A stretch of DNA of 64,000 nt from Eimeria praecox (lineage: Eukaryota). Positions 26,501 through 39,200 of this stretch are shown piece after piece. The stretch covers positions 2,790,001-2,854,000 of the forward strand of contig OY986947.1 in NCBI GenBank assembly GCA_963920595.1, written 5' to 3'. Made by a program: the position numbers and the translations under genes. Each line of letters starts with the position of its first letter. Within the stretch, counting starts at the first letter, position 1. The notes under the pieces are model-generated. The model was not told where the DNA came from. It was given only the letters and a program-made list of their open reading frames with translations, and did not search any database.

Positions 26501-27085
26501 GGCTATCAACGCAACACACGTTTCAGTGCTAATGAGAACAACCTGCAAAGAGCACAACAAAAAAGGCCTAGAACCAATGCTGGTGCCAGCACCTGTAGCG
26601 TTGCCAGCTATTCTGAATACCTTCGGAGTCATTATCTTCTACTGGCTCACTTGCAGCCACCACCTCATTAGGATTTACGCATACCTTACACCCCAACCGT
26701 CCTCCGTGCTGCCTGACACTATACAGCAAACTACTCTCGCTTCAAACAAGCTGCACACAAAGCATCCATGCGGTGCGTGCCTATATAAAAACACCACCAA
26801 CATGCAAATCTCCCTGCTCCATTAATGCTACAGCTTTTCCTTCCACAAAATGAAACACTCACTGATTAAACTGACTTATAACGTAGCAGTGCACAACCGT
26901 AAATGCCACGACACGCACAAGTAAATGCGCACCGAAGAGACAAATCCACGTACAAACCTCTACACACTCTTAGCCACCAACCAAGCAGCACCCTAGCGTC
27001 GAAGGACATCCTAATACTAGGTGCACAATGCATCTCAGATATCAACTCCCAGTTGCGGAGTTGCCGCCATCACCACACTTACCCC
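11587..27085. repeat. Tandem array 1 of a 3,677-3,678 bp higher-order unit (4 full copies plus ~0.2)
   Basis: Units start with aaggcctgctg at 11,587, 15,264, 18,942, 22,620 and 26,298. The same ORF recurs at 11685, 15362, 19040, 22718 and 26396. Identity decays after ~27,085. Confidence 0.97.
14070..14099. other. Perfect 12 bp inverted repeat, once per full 3.68 kb unit
   Basis: cgtttgagcgaa-caaagc-ttcgctcaaacg; also at 17,748, 21,426, 25,104, 43,086, 46,764, 50,441 and 54,118. Confidence 0.9.
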
Positions 27086-27751
27086 CTAGCCAAACAAACC
27101 AAGGGCTACTGCTGGTATGCAGTAAGGGCGAGCAGATACCAGAAACCTGCAAGCGAGCATAAAGGAAAAGAATACTGAAAGCAGCATGCCGTTCGGGATC
27201 TGATCCTCTAACTGCCGTCCGCCAGTGTAGCTTGTGTTGGTTGAATTGTGCCCTGCAACAGAACCAGCATCCACTCATGCCATACACTGCATGCCTTCTT
27301 CGCCCTCGCCGCACCGACGCACCTCGCAGCTCTGCGCTGAAATAGTGTGGTCCCAATTCTGCCACGCATTTTTGTTCTCTCTGTTTGCACAGTCGTCACA
27401 GAGCTAACGGGGATGACCTGCAGCATTCTGAAATGGCATGTTACATGGTGAGCAGAATTGTACTGGTAGGCAGGAGACGCTGGTGCTTTGAAATGCCTAA
27501 ACGTCAATGCAAAAAGCACGTGGGTGCAGGGCGTCGAGCCGGTTGCTATCGTCAAGCGTTTCGCGGATGTGAGACGCAACCCCGCATTTTCCAATCTCAG
27601 GCATCCGCATTCGCCTTCACCATCTACACAAGATGCCTGGCAATGCCTGTGAGTAGAGCGTACAAGGAGACCTTGTACAATTTTTCGCACCATCAGAGGC
27701 CCGAACATAATGCTGGTGGCAGCAACTGTGGTATGACGAATACATCAGGGT

Positions 27752-27779
27752 GATACTGATTGCGCGCGCAGTCAGTATC
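27752..27779. other. 28 nt near-perfect palindrome
   Basis: gatactgattgcgcgcgcagtcagtatc; one mismatch (T27760/G27771). Confidence 0.9.
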
Positions 27780-28067
27780 TCATTTTGGTCGCCTTGCAGC
27801 CAGTATGTTGCCAGCATCTACGCACACCTCGCAGTACAAGCCTTCTCCGTGGTCCCTGAAGCTATGCACGCCAAACAGTGTCAAAAGGCTCCCGATGCGC
27901 CACATGCCTTACACGATGCACTTATGGTGCGCATGGCGCCCGGAAGGTACCGCCAAGGTCAAGTGCCGGCGGTCTACGTGTTTGCCTCTTCTTTCCATTC
28001 ATACAATCCTCACAGACCCAACCGGCCTACACAGCAGCAACGCTGAACGAAAACGGTTGCGGTGCAC

Positions 28068-28107
28068 ACGAACCCCGCTTCACCCAAAAGGGTGAAGCGG
28101 GGTTCGT
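28068..28107. other. Perfect 18 bp stem, 4 nt loop inverted repeat
   Basis: acgaaccccgcttcaccc-aaaa-gggtgaagcggggttcgt. Confidence 0.95.
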
Positions 28108-28999
28108 CACGATCACATGCCTGGACGTTAGGCTGCCAATTAAGTAGCTGCAAGCCACTGAGAGCCCTCTCCGTGTCAGAACTTCCATGCATATCAAGTG
28201 TCATTGCCTATCATGAAATTGAAACCACTAACTGGCATAATGCATACTCACGCAAAACAGTTGGGTTGTCAGACGCACGTCCCGGCATCCTCGGTGTTTG
28301 CATGTGTTCCTGTCTTCAGCCTGGCTTCACCAAAAGAACTTACCATTGTCGCGCTCAGCACCTGCGTTTATACGAGCTTCATGCCAAACAACAAAACTCA
28401 CCGAATACAGGCACAAACCACTTTGCAAAGCTAAGTGAGGATTCTAGCGTCAGGACGCTGAGAACCTTGATGCCCAGACCCACGCATAAATCCAATTCGT
28501 AGCAAAACTAGCTCCCTGCATTCGTGCGATTGTTGTTCATAGGCATTATCGTGCGCAAAAGAGCCAAGCCCCATGGATCACACGCAACGCGCCAGTTCAT
28601 GCGATGCATCCCCGCTTTTCTCCCTGTCGCCCAGGCTGTCCGATAAAAAAACCATAGATCATTCTGGAAACACCACGCATACCTAGTTGAGGGTGTCGCT
28701 GAGAAACTAAATCCCAGCAATGTACGTGTGCTTTTATAGCGTGATGTCTGCACGCGTTTCGCCATCATTCACACACTGAAAGAAATCAAGCATTTGCCTC
28801 CTGTACACTGTAGCATGGCACGTGAGCGTACCTTCACATTATGGAATTTTACCAGCCAACGCTGAGGCCTGGCTACATCCTTCGTCACTGCATTCCTAGC
28901 TGCTGCCCGCCAAGAAGTAGGCAAGCATTTCGTGTGTACTTTTTCTGGAAGCATTCGTACTATTGTGGTCGTTTTGCGTTGTAAGGCCAATGCACTTGT

Positions 29000-29810
29000 T
29001 TTACACCCTTCACGAGTGTTGCCTCTTTCCAATTCACCCATACCAAAAGGCGCATTCTGAGGGGAACTAGCCGCCTGCCCATGGCGTATGCTTATTGCAA
29101 AACGTGCACACTGTTGTTGGCAACCACGCGTTTGGACCGAAGCGTGCCTCCTATCCACTGTGCAGCGCATTCTCTGCAGAAGCAGCTCGCCCCCAAGCAA
29201 ATGTGGGCTCCCTCGCAAGCATGCGCAAACGATACTGCCAGATATTATGTCAGACGATATTCAGGGCATCAAACAGATATTCCGTGCCTTGCAGAACCAC
29301 TGTCGTAAGACAGACTCTATCCTCTCCCACGCCGCGCGGAGTGCTGCCCACCTAACAGCGGAACTCGTCCCACCAGCATGATTCAATCGTATACTGTAAG
29401 CATCTCCACCCGCCTGCAGGGCATGCAACAGCTTCGTCGGACGCAACAGATTTGGAAGCAAGCGTGCTAGTGTTTGGCCGTGTAACGGACTCTCTGAAGA
29501 CGTCATGGGCATCCTCAATGAACCTGAGCTGCCTGCCATGCTACAAATGCACAAAACAACCGATCCCAATCTTGTCAAGTCTACCGACCAACATGGTAGG
29601 TATATTCCGGCCACTCAGAGCACTCTGGAGATGTGCGCGCTTTCCGTGAACCAACGCTTGCCCCATAATCTCATCAGGCTGCGAGAGGCTGTCCACACAC
29701 ACACCCCTGCCACTGAGGAAGGCTATCGCAGTTGCTTTAGGCGGACGGACATTCCGCCACCATCATCCAGATGCCCAACGCCTGCTGGTATATGCTTTCG
29801 GTGTGGCACA
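29000..29810 (+). repeat. Diverged shorter paralogue of 250-1,270 (and of 30,510-31,530)
   Basis: 29,279-29,390 (attccgtgccttgcagaaccactgtcgtaagacagac...catgattcaatcgt) is essentially identical to 645-756. Flanks are recognisably similar but lack two ~100-120 bp blocks (~485-600 and ~796-897). Confidence 0.9.
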
Positions 29811-30209
29811 AACCGCACCAGTGACTCGCAGGAAGGCCCTCTTCACCAGCCAGCGCAGCACCAGAACCCTTCGGCGTAGTCTATTGGGTTTCATCCCAAT
29901 GATCGCTGCCACAATTGAATATAGTCAGTTCTGATCCTGCGAAGCTCTTTTGGAACGAGTATGCACAGGGTGCATCGACGAGCTGTTCTTCTACCCGCGC
30001 TGACATTACACACCAAATCGCTTGTTGCTGCACGCACAACGCAAAGGCTTCACACCACGTGCACATCCATCACAAGGCCTGCAGCTTGCCAGCTCCGCTA
30101 ATGCGCGTACGTTGCTCTTTTCTTCCCCACACTTTCCTCAGACAGTGTAGATTCAACAATTAGCAATCTCCCAAGAGATGGAGGAGCTGTCGTTTAACAA
30201 GCAAATGTT

Positions 30210-30231
30210 CCCCCCCCCCACACACACACAC
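30210..30231. repeat. C10 run followed by (AC)6 microsatellite
   Basis: Ten C followed by acacacacacac, read directly. Confidence 0.9.
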
Positions 30232-30255
30232 GCGCAAACACATCTCTGCAATCGC

Positions 30256-33200
30256 CACCCTGGCTGCAATGGACATGAAAGCCATCGTGTTCCTTTCGCC
30301 TGAAATGCCATCTACACAGTGTGAACCTCCTTCCTCGGTACAAATTGAACCCACTAGAAAAAAAAACCGCCTAAACTCCAGTTCCCCGCTCCTGTCCAAA
30401 CTCCTGGCCCGCAAGCAGCGTCAGAATACAAACATCCGAAAAGATTCCGGTTCTGCCAGCGAAACTACTATGGCCAGCCCCTCTGATGAAGGCATGTCAA
30501 AAGCTTTGCAGCCTCCATTCGTGGCACTGCCTTTCACTGAAATCATACCGCAAGGCACCTTCTTAGAAGAAATAGCCGGTTGCTCATCGAGCGTGCTAGA
30601 TGCAAATCGTGCGCACTGCTGTTTTCGGCCACGCGTTTAGACGCGAGCGTCACCGCTATCCACTGTGCAACGCACTTTCTGGAGAAGCAGGCCGCCCCCA
30701 AGCAAATGTGATCTCCTTCCCACGCGTGCGCAAACGATACTCTCAACGTATTCTCCACTCAGGGTACGTATCACATGCCAGGGTAAGCTGGGCATCCAAA
30801 CGTGCAGCTTATTAATTGGCCTGTTTTTTGTTGCTATTTTACAAAAGTTATCTACTACTGCGCAAACGCAAACTCAGATAGTATTCGTCAGAGCACACAG
30901 GCATTCCGTGCCTTGCAGAACCACTGTCGTAAGACAGACTCTATCCTCTCCCCCGACGCGCGGAGTGCTGCCCACCTAACAGCGGAACTCGTCCCACCAG
31001 CATGATTCAATCGTGTAGTGCAAGCACCTCAACCCGCCTGCAGGGCATGCAACGTCCGTGAGTATCTGTAGCCTACATGCTAGCCGAGCACGAGTAAGCA
31101 TTTCCTCACAAAATAACCCGATGCCATCCATTGCAGTAGGTGCAAACACCCTACACCTTCGTTGGACGAAACAGATTTGGAAGCAATCGTGCCAGTGTTT
31201 TCCCCTGTAACGGACTATCTGCAGACGTCGTGAGCATCTTCAATGAACCTGAGCTGCGTGCCATGCTACAAATGCACAGAACCACCGACCCCAATTTTGT
31301 CAACTCTCCCGACCAACACGGGAGGTATATGCTGACCACTCAGAGCACTCTGGAGATGCGCTCGCCTTCCCTGAACCAACGCTTGCCGCATCATCTCACC
31401 AGGCTGCGCGAGGCGGTGCACAGATGCAGCTCCACTCCTGCCATTGAGGAAGGCTGTCGCAGTTGTTTTAGGCGAACGGGGATTCCATCTCGATCCAGGT
31501 GCCCAACGCCTGCTGCAATATCCTTGGGGTGTTCAAATGAGACGCACAAACTATTCACATAGAAACTTTGGGAAGCAGGCAGGGCAATAACGGGACACTT
31601 CGGTGCACTGCAGTATTGTGCCGCGGGCCGTGCGGAGACCACAACCCAAATAACGGTCCACGTAAGCATCAAGAGTAGACCGCTTCACGGTTGTCTATTC
31701 ATTCATGCTATTGCCTTGAGTTTGTCCGCTTCGAGAGAAGAATCCACCTTAATCTTGTTTTCGGTCACACAATTCCGGGGATTGATCTACTCCAGCCAGA
31801 GGAAAGGTGCGATAGCAAATTTCGTTAGACGCAAAAGAGAGGAGTGAACAAACGTCGGAATAAAAGCATGGCTGCACAGGTTCCTCCAGCAAGGAATATT
31901 GGGGAACGACCGAGAGGCTGCTTGATGCCGTGCACTGCAGGTAACAGGACAGTAACTGGCCACTGCTAGTGAAAGGAGCCAAAAAGCAAGGTATGCGGTA
32001 TCAACAGGGTTGCTGAGCCACCCGCAGAAATAGACAAGCATTTAGACCGAAGTGCAGCCTATCCGAGTACCCAATGCCGTCATCGAACTACGATTCCTTT
32101 GTGGAGTGACACTGCCGCAGCCTTTTTACTGCGTCTTTAAGCATCCTCACCTTTTGTTTCAATCATGCAAGAGGAAACATTCTGAGACAAAGCAGCCTGC
32201 CTACCATCGGTAGCAGACCGTGCAATATATGCATACCGCTGCTCGCAGCACCTAACTACGAGACAAGGTCTTCTGCGTTTGATCGTGTAAACTCACTTTC
32301 TGCAAACGCAGCCGACACATTAAAAAGCTTGGATTGTACGTAGCAGCGCTCATCAGCTGCCCATACAAACAGATCACCAGCGAGTATTTTGGTGCAGGCT
32401 TAATCAGTGGAGTACTCAATGCTTGCGTAAGCATGTCATGGCAGTTTTCCACTGGCGCGTACCCTGCAGTGAAGTTAAGCAACCTAAGTTGTCAGGCAAT
32501 CTGCTCCCCACCCCGTAGTCCCCCGGTCGCATGTTCATTGGAAATTACCTTCCAAGAAGGGGTCACCTTTGCTTCCAGGCTCATCATCCAGCTGCCCAAT
32601 ACCCGCGTGCAAACACACTTCATATGAAACAGCAGTACATCCGCCATTCATGCGAACACGTTCTAGTTCTGAGCACAACGTGTCTAGTGCCACCACTCTA
32701 ATAGCAACTTTGCAGTGGCGCAAGCCCAAGCACAATGCACTTCGGTGCATTGTCGGCTCTCTGTATTCCTGTTCCTGCCTTTTGTAGCTAGCACATTGTG
32801 TTGCAGCCAAGGCAGTACCAAAACGCACGGAGAGAGGCCAAACTATACGCTGATTCTCTGCGCGCTTCAAAATTTCAAAAGAGTAGCTGTTCGAACAGAC
32901 CATGCAACGCACCCAGGCTGCAGGCACGTTGCACATAGTACCCGACACACACCAATCCCGTTCTGCACATACACCATCATTTCCTTTCGCCTTCATGTAA
33001 TACAGTATCACAGGCACGCGTAGTACAAACACACAGCCCTAATTACCCCAACAAGTGGAACAACTTGCACAAAACGGCACTTTCGCACGTGCATATGCCT
33101 GCACACGTTGCGCCTCCAAACAAAGACCCGTAAACCATCAATCTTCTACCCCCCCGCCCCCCCTGCAACACGCTGCGTGCAGCTACACCGTGACTGCACA

Positions 33201-36200
33201 CTACAAGGCCGTGCAGACCAGCAAAACCACCAGAACCCCAAGTTTCAGCTGGCAGCCGAGGTGGTCCTTGGCCTGGAGCAAAGGATTCGCTTTTCATGCG
33301 CATTTCTCCGGAAGCGAAAACCGCTCTACTCCAAAATAATATGGTTGTTTCTTGTGGTGTACATGATGCAGCCGTTTTGCGGCATTTGCGAGCCTCTTCA
33401 CTGCTCATTTCAACTTAACAAGAAGACGCAATCTTGGAGAACACGGCCTGCTTACCATCGCCTATACTAAGTGCAAATCTTGCACGCCGCCGTTGCCCAC
33501 AACTCATTTGAACGCCGCCAAGTTTGCTATCAACGGTTCAACGGACCTTGCGCATAAGCAGGGGGATTTCCTAAACTAAAGGGGCCTGCTGTCATTCCTT
33601 CCGGCTTATCAACGATGCCTGTTCACCCCAATGTGCCTTTTGGGTGGGCACGAACACCCAAGGCAGTTCTCCTGCATCCTGCCACTGGTGCCCGTTGACC
33701 GTGAGGACATCTGCGAACTAGACTTCGCACGCGTAGCGTTGCATTTTGCCGAGCCATCACTGCATGCCCCACAACCGTAAAGATGCTTCAGTAATAAGGA
33801 GGCACACCAGCTGCAAGCACTGTGCAAAAAACAATTGCAGGCCGTCCTGATGCTTTCTGATCCTACCTCCACCAAGCATGTGCCCAACACCTGCATCAAG
33901 ACACAATTACCAGAACGCCAAACGCACCAGCTATTCATTGGACGCATTGCAGGCTAATGCACAGCCTCTAGCTGCGATACACTTTAACAATGCCGCTGTA
34001 CACACAGTCTAAACCCTATGTGGTTTGCAGCAAGCGCTGGATCTGCCGCTAGCCTGATGGACTCTTGCAACCAATACCGTGCGGTTCAGCCAGTGCAATG
34101 CCAAAATGCAAGGAGATTTCGCACTACAGGCATTCTCAGCTGTTGCTATAATTCCTACCCAAGCAAATGCTCGTTCTAAATGGCTGCATACAAATACCCC
34201 AGGTTGTAAATACATCTTCGTCATTAGTGCCTGCAATATGCCATCGAAGCTGGTGGGAGCGCATCGCTTCTCCGGTCATCTATAAAAACCTGGCAAAACC
34301 CATTCATCTCCCCATTAGTAAGGCCCAGCGCTAAATCGCAAAGCACATAGAACCTATATTTCTGCAAATAGACCTCAGTACACTCCCAAGCCTACATTTG
34401 CGCCACCGCCAAACAGGAACTCCCAGACTTTGGACTGTTTCGCCGTCCCGTGCTGCACGCAGCTTGGACGTGCTTCATCGAAAAAAGGTTCACCTACCGA
34501 AAGAGCAAAAATTCTAATACCGTGCCCCCAACCTGCCTGCACTAGTAGGTAGGTATCCTAAATGCCTGCGACTGACAGCAAAACCCACCTTACCACTGAG
34601 TACCAGATTCGAATGGTGCGGCCAACGCTACCGTTTTGCAGGATGCATTGACGCCCTCAGCGCATATTTCGGCTAAACCAAAAAGACTAGTACCGTGCTG
34701 TTTGCCGATTCGAGCATATGCAAAGCGTATCACTGTTTGGGGGGACAATGCCACTGCACCTGAGTTTGCTTCTCTTCGGCAATGTCGCGCACTACCTGAA
34801 GATGGAGTTATCCTTCAGTTATGGGAGACCTTCTGAAAATACTAAGAGCCCACAAATACTGCCTGTGCACGGGAATACACGGAATGCTTGCATACAGACG
34901 CACCCGAGTAGTGCCAGGCAAGCCATTCCTGCAGAGGCAGTAAGCTGCTCCGGCAGACTAAAAAGGTTTTCATCATGCCGTCACAGTAGAATAGGCATCC
35001 AGTCAGCGCAATCTAAGTGAATAACAATGGTGTGAAGAAGCACAAAGTTTCAAACAGCAAAGCTGTGGATATTCAGGAAAATGCATTGCAGCCTTTAGGA
35101 GGAATAGGTGAGCATGGGCAAGATACACAGCAGGGGGCCATATGCTGTTTCATGTGCTGCTGCAAACTGCAGGAGCATGCAGATGGCTTACTTCAAGAAA
35201 CTAAGATGAGGAATTTGGAGAGCAAACAGTGTGCTAATCATCGATGGGACCCGTTGCGAACCAAGTTCATATATTCTGCAGGTCGCCGTTGCAAGTTTGT
35301 CTTCCGCAGCTTCTGTACCGTACATTAATGCAGGTGTAGTAAATGCAAGCGGTGGTTTAGAAAATGACTGGGGGAGCAACTATCCGATCTCGTCCCACAT
35401 GCACCTCCTACAAAAGCGGTAGCAAATCAAGGCGCTGACCGGGGAAATCCCCGAGAGACTCAGATGAAGCACAGGGCCTTACTCCTTACACTGGCTCCCG
35501 CCTGCACCATCCATGTGCAGAACCATTCCGCGGAAGTGCATTTTACCTCATATTTGAAACGCACAAACTAGTTGCATTAAGCACTTCCCAGTGCTCGCCT
35601 ACCGTGCTAGCATCGGAATCCTGAAATATGGACCTCTGCATCGTGAAAAGCGAGCGCCAAGTTGTTCGCAACCCGCAGCATCCCGTTGTGTCCCTATACA
35701 CTGTTTTTTTGAGTAGTATCTGGTCCTCCAGTCACCCCTAGCAACCGGACCCAACGTACACCGTACGCGTCTGCAGTACTGGCTCGAGCATAACGCCAAA
35801 CAGTTATTCTTTTCAACCGAACGAGCACCGTACATCAACGATACGTGTGTACCAATGGCAGCTCTAGCAACTTGCAAATGCGCAAAATCGATCTGTACCG
35901 GTCTCCGTGCCCTCCACACTCCTGAATGACGGGGCAGGTGTCCAGAATAACAATATGCAATAGCAAATACTGCAGCAAGTAGCACAGAGAACTCAGCCAG
36001 GAACTGCCGCCACCCGCCCATGCGTATGCGCTTCCCACCACCACCGAGAAGGCTGTAATCGATCGAGTTCCATCCCTATACAAACGGTTGCGCGCATTTT
36101 AGACGTGGCTTCCAGACAGGAGATTGCGGCCTGCAGCACAAAGTGTGGGTAAGTGAGCTTTTCTTTACCAATCCAATTGACAGCATGCCATCAATAGCAC

Positions 36201-39200
36201 GGATGCATACTTGATGCACTCCGGTAAAAGTGAAGGTTGTCTCAGCATTGCGGTTATTTCATATAGTGCACCTAGGGCAGCTCTTCTGCAAACTTCCTGC
36301 GCCCTTCTCGTATATTGCAGCTTAGTAAAAGCACGCATCACGAGAGGCAGCACGCCGCTTTTCACCGACAGTAGTAGGTACCACCCATGGCCACCTTTGC
36401 TGCAAAAAAATTGAAGGCCTACTTATAAAGGAAACGTGCACGCTCCACTGAACGCTATGCCCCCCTGAGCTACTGTGGGCTGCCTTGCAACAAAATTTAG
36501 AACAAACCTGCGGCAGCGCATCATCCTTGCAGCTCTTTCCACTTTGGAGGCAAACTGCCAGTGGCTGCATGCAGTCTTGCTCACACTCATGTAGCCAGCC
36601 CATTAACTACAAAACCATGTACGTTGTCTCAATTGTTGACTGTAAACCCCGCATGGGGATTTCGCAAAGTATTTCAGCAAGTTGTCATTGCTGAGCCACT
36701 GCTCCGCATCCATCGTTTAGGTGTCCAAAACCTGCATCAGTACAGATTTCACGTTAGGCATGACGCGTACGGACTATTCGGACAGAGCATACGCTAGTAG
36801 GTGTGCGCAGACTGCAGCTCGAATACGCTTGGAGTAGTACTTCTGCGCCGATCCCATGTACACAGCAATGTTGGCATCATGTCTAGCTCCATGCATGCGA
36901 CTCCAGAATGCTAGGAAAACCGGCATAACGCGCCTCCCAGAGATCTCTAAAGCAATATAGCGAATATATGTTAGTTCAGTTTGCTTGCGCACGCATCATC
37001 CATTCTGTAGCTCCACCCCAAAGCCCGTCGGCAAGCCAACGCCCTTGCGAACACGCTTCCAGTCGTTGCTCATTCAGAACTGTCAGGCACGGCATGGCCC
37101 TTCGGTACTGATGCGGGAGGGCCAAAGCCACTGATCACTCGCAGCGGTAGTGCATGCTCCCGCATTTAGCACATTCGGCCACCAACTAAGGACCCAAAGC
37201 CCTTAGGCGCTTCTGACCTGCCCAGTCGTTGAGCCGTTTCAGCCATCAGCATCACACGCTGAACAGCCAGCCCTCCCTTCTGTAATGTTACCTTTCCATC
37301 ACAGTTGGATAAGCCTTTGACAGCCACCAATCGGAAGGCATAATTCTGCGTATTTCCTTGAGCTCAACCAACCCAATCCTTGCGCGAAGCTCAGAAAAAC
37401 CCTGATGATTCATAAAAAGCCAAGAATGTAACTCTGCACCATTGCGGTGGGCAACACAATTGGACACAAGTGTGCTTATGGCTGAGCATCGAACCCACTC
37501 TCTGCACAAGCCTTACGTCTCTTCAGCTACAACGGGCTGCCTGCAAGACTACCTATATCAATTGCTGTACAAGCCACTAACGAAGCCTGTTCATTCTTGT
37601 GGCACCTGTGGCTTCCCAACCCTGTCGCGCAGATGTATTCATATCCCGTCGTTTACACATGCCATAAACAACACGGTTAGCTATCTTCAAACTGAAGCGG
37701 CATATCGGGCGCATGTCGCGTTCATACTGCGCTCGCAGGATATCACACCAGCATCATACAGGTGCCTCCATGTAACGGCGCATTCCACGTCAAACACCCA
37801 ACTTACCGACTATGCACGAAACACGCCCCCTTGTGCTCCTGTGTAGTCTCAAACAATTTCAAATTTTTGAAAGATGTAGGCCTGCACAGACAGGCGGGCA
37901 CAGGGTCACAGACAGGCCGGCTAGAACCCTGTACTCCTCAGAACGCCTGGAAAGCCTATTTGTTGCGTCGCATCCAGTACAAGGCCCACACCATATGCCA
38001 CGCATCTTCTTTCTGCTACCTAATGCTACACACTCAACACTTCTGCCCCCATCAAGATGATCACAAAGCATTCATGTTGTACGCGCCTCACTTATATTAC
38101 CGGCAGCACGCGAGTGCGATTAATACTGCTTTTCTTTCCACCCGTATACTTCTCACAAACGCGACCACCCCGTACCGATGGGCAACGGTAAATGCCACGA
38201 CACACAGAAGTAAGCTGCCTACCAACGTACCTCCCCACATACAAATGTGTTCTCATTTGGGGACCAACCAGGCAGCTGCAAGCGGCCGCCCTCATTTCCT
38301 CATACAAGGAGTTGCCTGAAACTTACAGGTTAATGCGCATAACGAAACCGCAGCCATCAACACAGCACATCCATGACTCAATTCATCCCCTCCCAACCAA
38401 AATGCCAACCTACCATCAATAGTGAATACGCTTCTGAATCCGTTCGAGCCTGGCTGGGATATCCGCTTAGCTTCACCTCCCCTTCGTGTCTGCTTCGTCA
38501 CCGAAGCAGCCATCCCGCAAAGCCGATAACGACTCACGACTCTCACGGCGCTTCCCACCTGAGCAAGATAAATCCTGAAGCCAGACATACTGTTTGTCAT
38601 TGGTTCCGCTAGGTGCAAGCTGGATACCTATGATTTCAAACCAAAACAACATATCGGCGTTCAGCGTCCCTCAGAACACTGTCCTTAGACACACTGTACT
38701 TGCCAAGCGTTCACGGACTGCCAGCCATCTTCCTGGCAAGCGAACCAAACCCAATATTTCTACAGCCCATCTGCGATGCATGACTAGGAGCATTTGTGAA
38801 CTGAAGAGTTTAGAAGTGAATTCGCTTTGCTTAACACTCTAGCAACCCACCTCCTGCGAAAGCGCCGTGGTGCCCACAGTTTTATAGAGAAGGGTCAGCT
38901 GCACGCAGGTTGAAATTATTCCAGCGTTTCGCCCCTATGAGTGTTGCATCTACGCTCTATCTCCTGGCGGCCAGCATGCCAGCGACACCGCTATCCGCAT
39001 TCAACAACAAGTATACGCACCACCTATCCAAGCAGCCACGATTCAGCGCTAATGGGCACCGCCTGCAACACAGATTCTTGAAAGAGCGCCTGAAAAGAGA
39101 GCATATAGGCACAATCTTTGTACCAGCACATGCGGTAGCGTAGTTTCTAACGAGTCAGTATCTTGCGTTGCTTGTGTCGCAACTAGCATACCACCGGCGC

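Larger units (their letters stand above)
1..27085 (+). repeat. Segmental duplication, copy A (left end runs off the window)
   Basis: Colinear direct match to 30,256-~56,100. Offsets from matching ORFs: 342/30600 (30,258), 2264/32535 (30,271), 6841/35835 (28,994), 8433/37442 (29,009), 11685/40700 (29,015). Near-identical except ~1-300 and ~4,000-6,560. Confidence 0.95.
8792..28251 (-). ncRNA. Candidate spliced multi-exon non-coding transcript built from repeated exon-intron cassettes (copy A)
   Basis: Donor-like hexamers at equivalent monomer positions on the minus strand: GTAAGT 8,792-8,797; GTGCGT 10,006-10,011; GTGCGT 11,783-11,788; GTAAGT 12,366-12,371; GTACAT 12,978-12,983; GTACGT 14,236-14,241; GTGAGT 28,246-28,251. 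Pyrimidine-rich YAG acceptors at e.g. 11,832, 10,054, 9,550, 11,317 and 15,016. Minus strand is T/G-rich. No transcript evidence available. Confidence 0.4.
8700..28270. repeat. Field of ~600 bp diverged monomers (types A and B), about 30 copies, six per 3.68 kb unit
   Basis: Recurring anchors: tcagtatc-like at 10,146, 10,737, 11,918, 12,513, 13,129, 13,788, 14,387 and 27,772; aaatgccacgacac-like at 9,181, 12,190, 12,793 and 14,057. B-type anchors: cacct(g/a)ag(c/g)aagata near 9,547, 11,314 and 15,013; ctcta(a/g)caacccacctcctgc at 9,828, 11,605 and 15,282. Boundaries approximate. Confidence 0.85.

Noticed and set aside
28068..28107. Rho-independent terminator
   Set aside because: No adjoining U-tract, no upstream gene, and the context is eukaryote-like.
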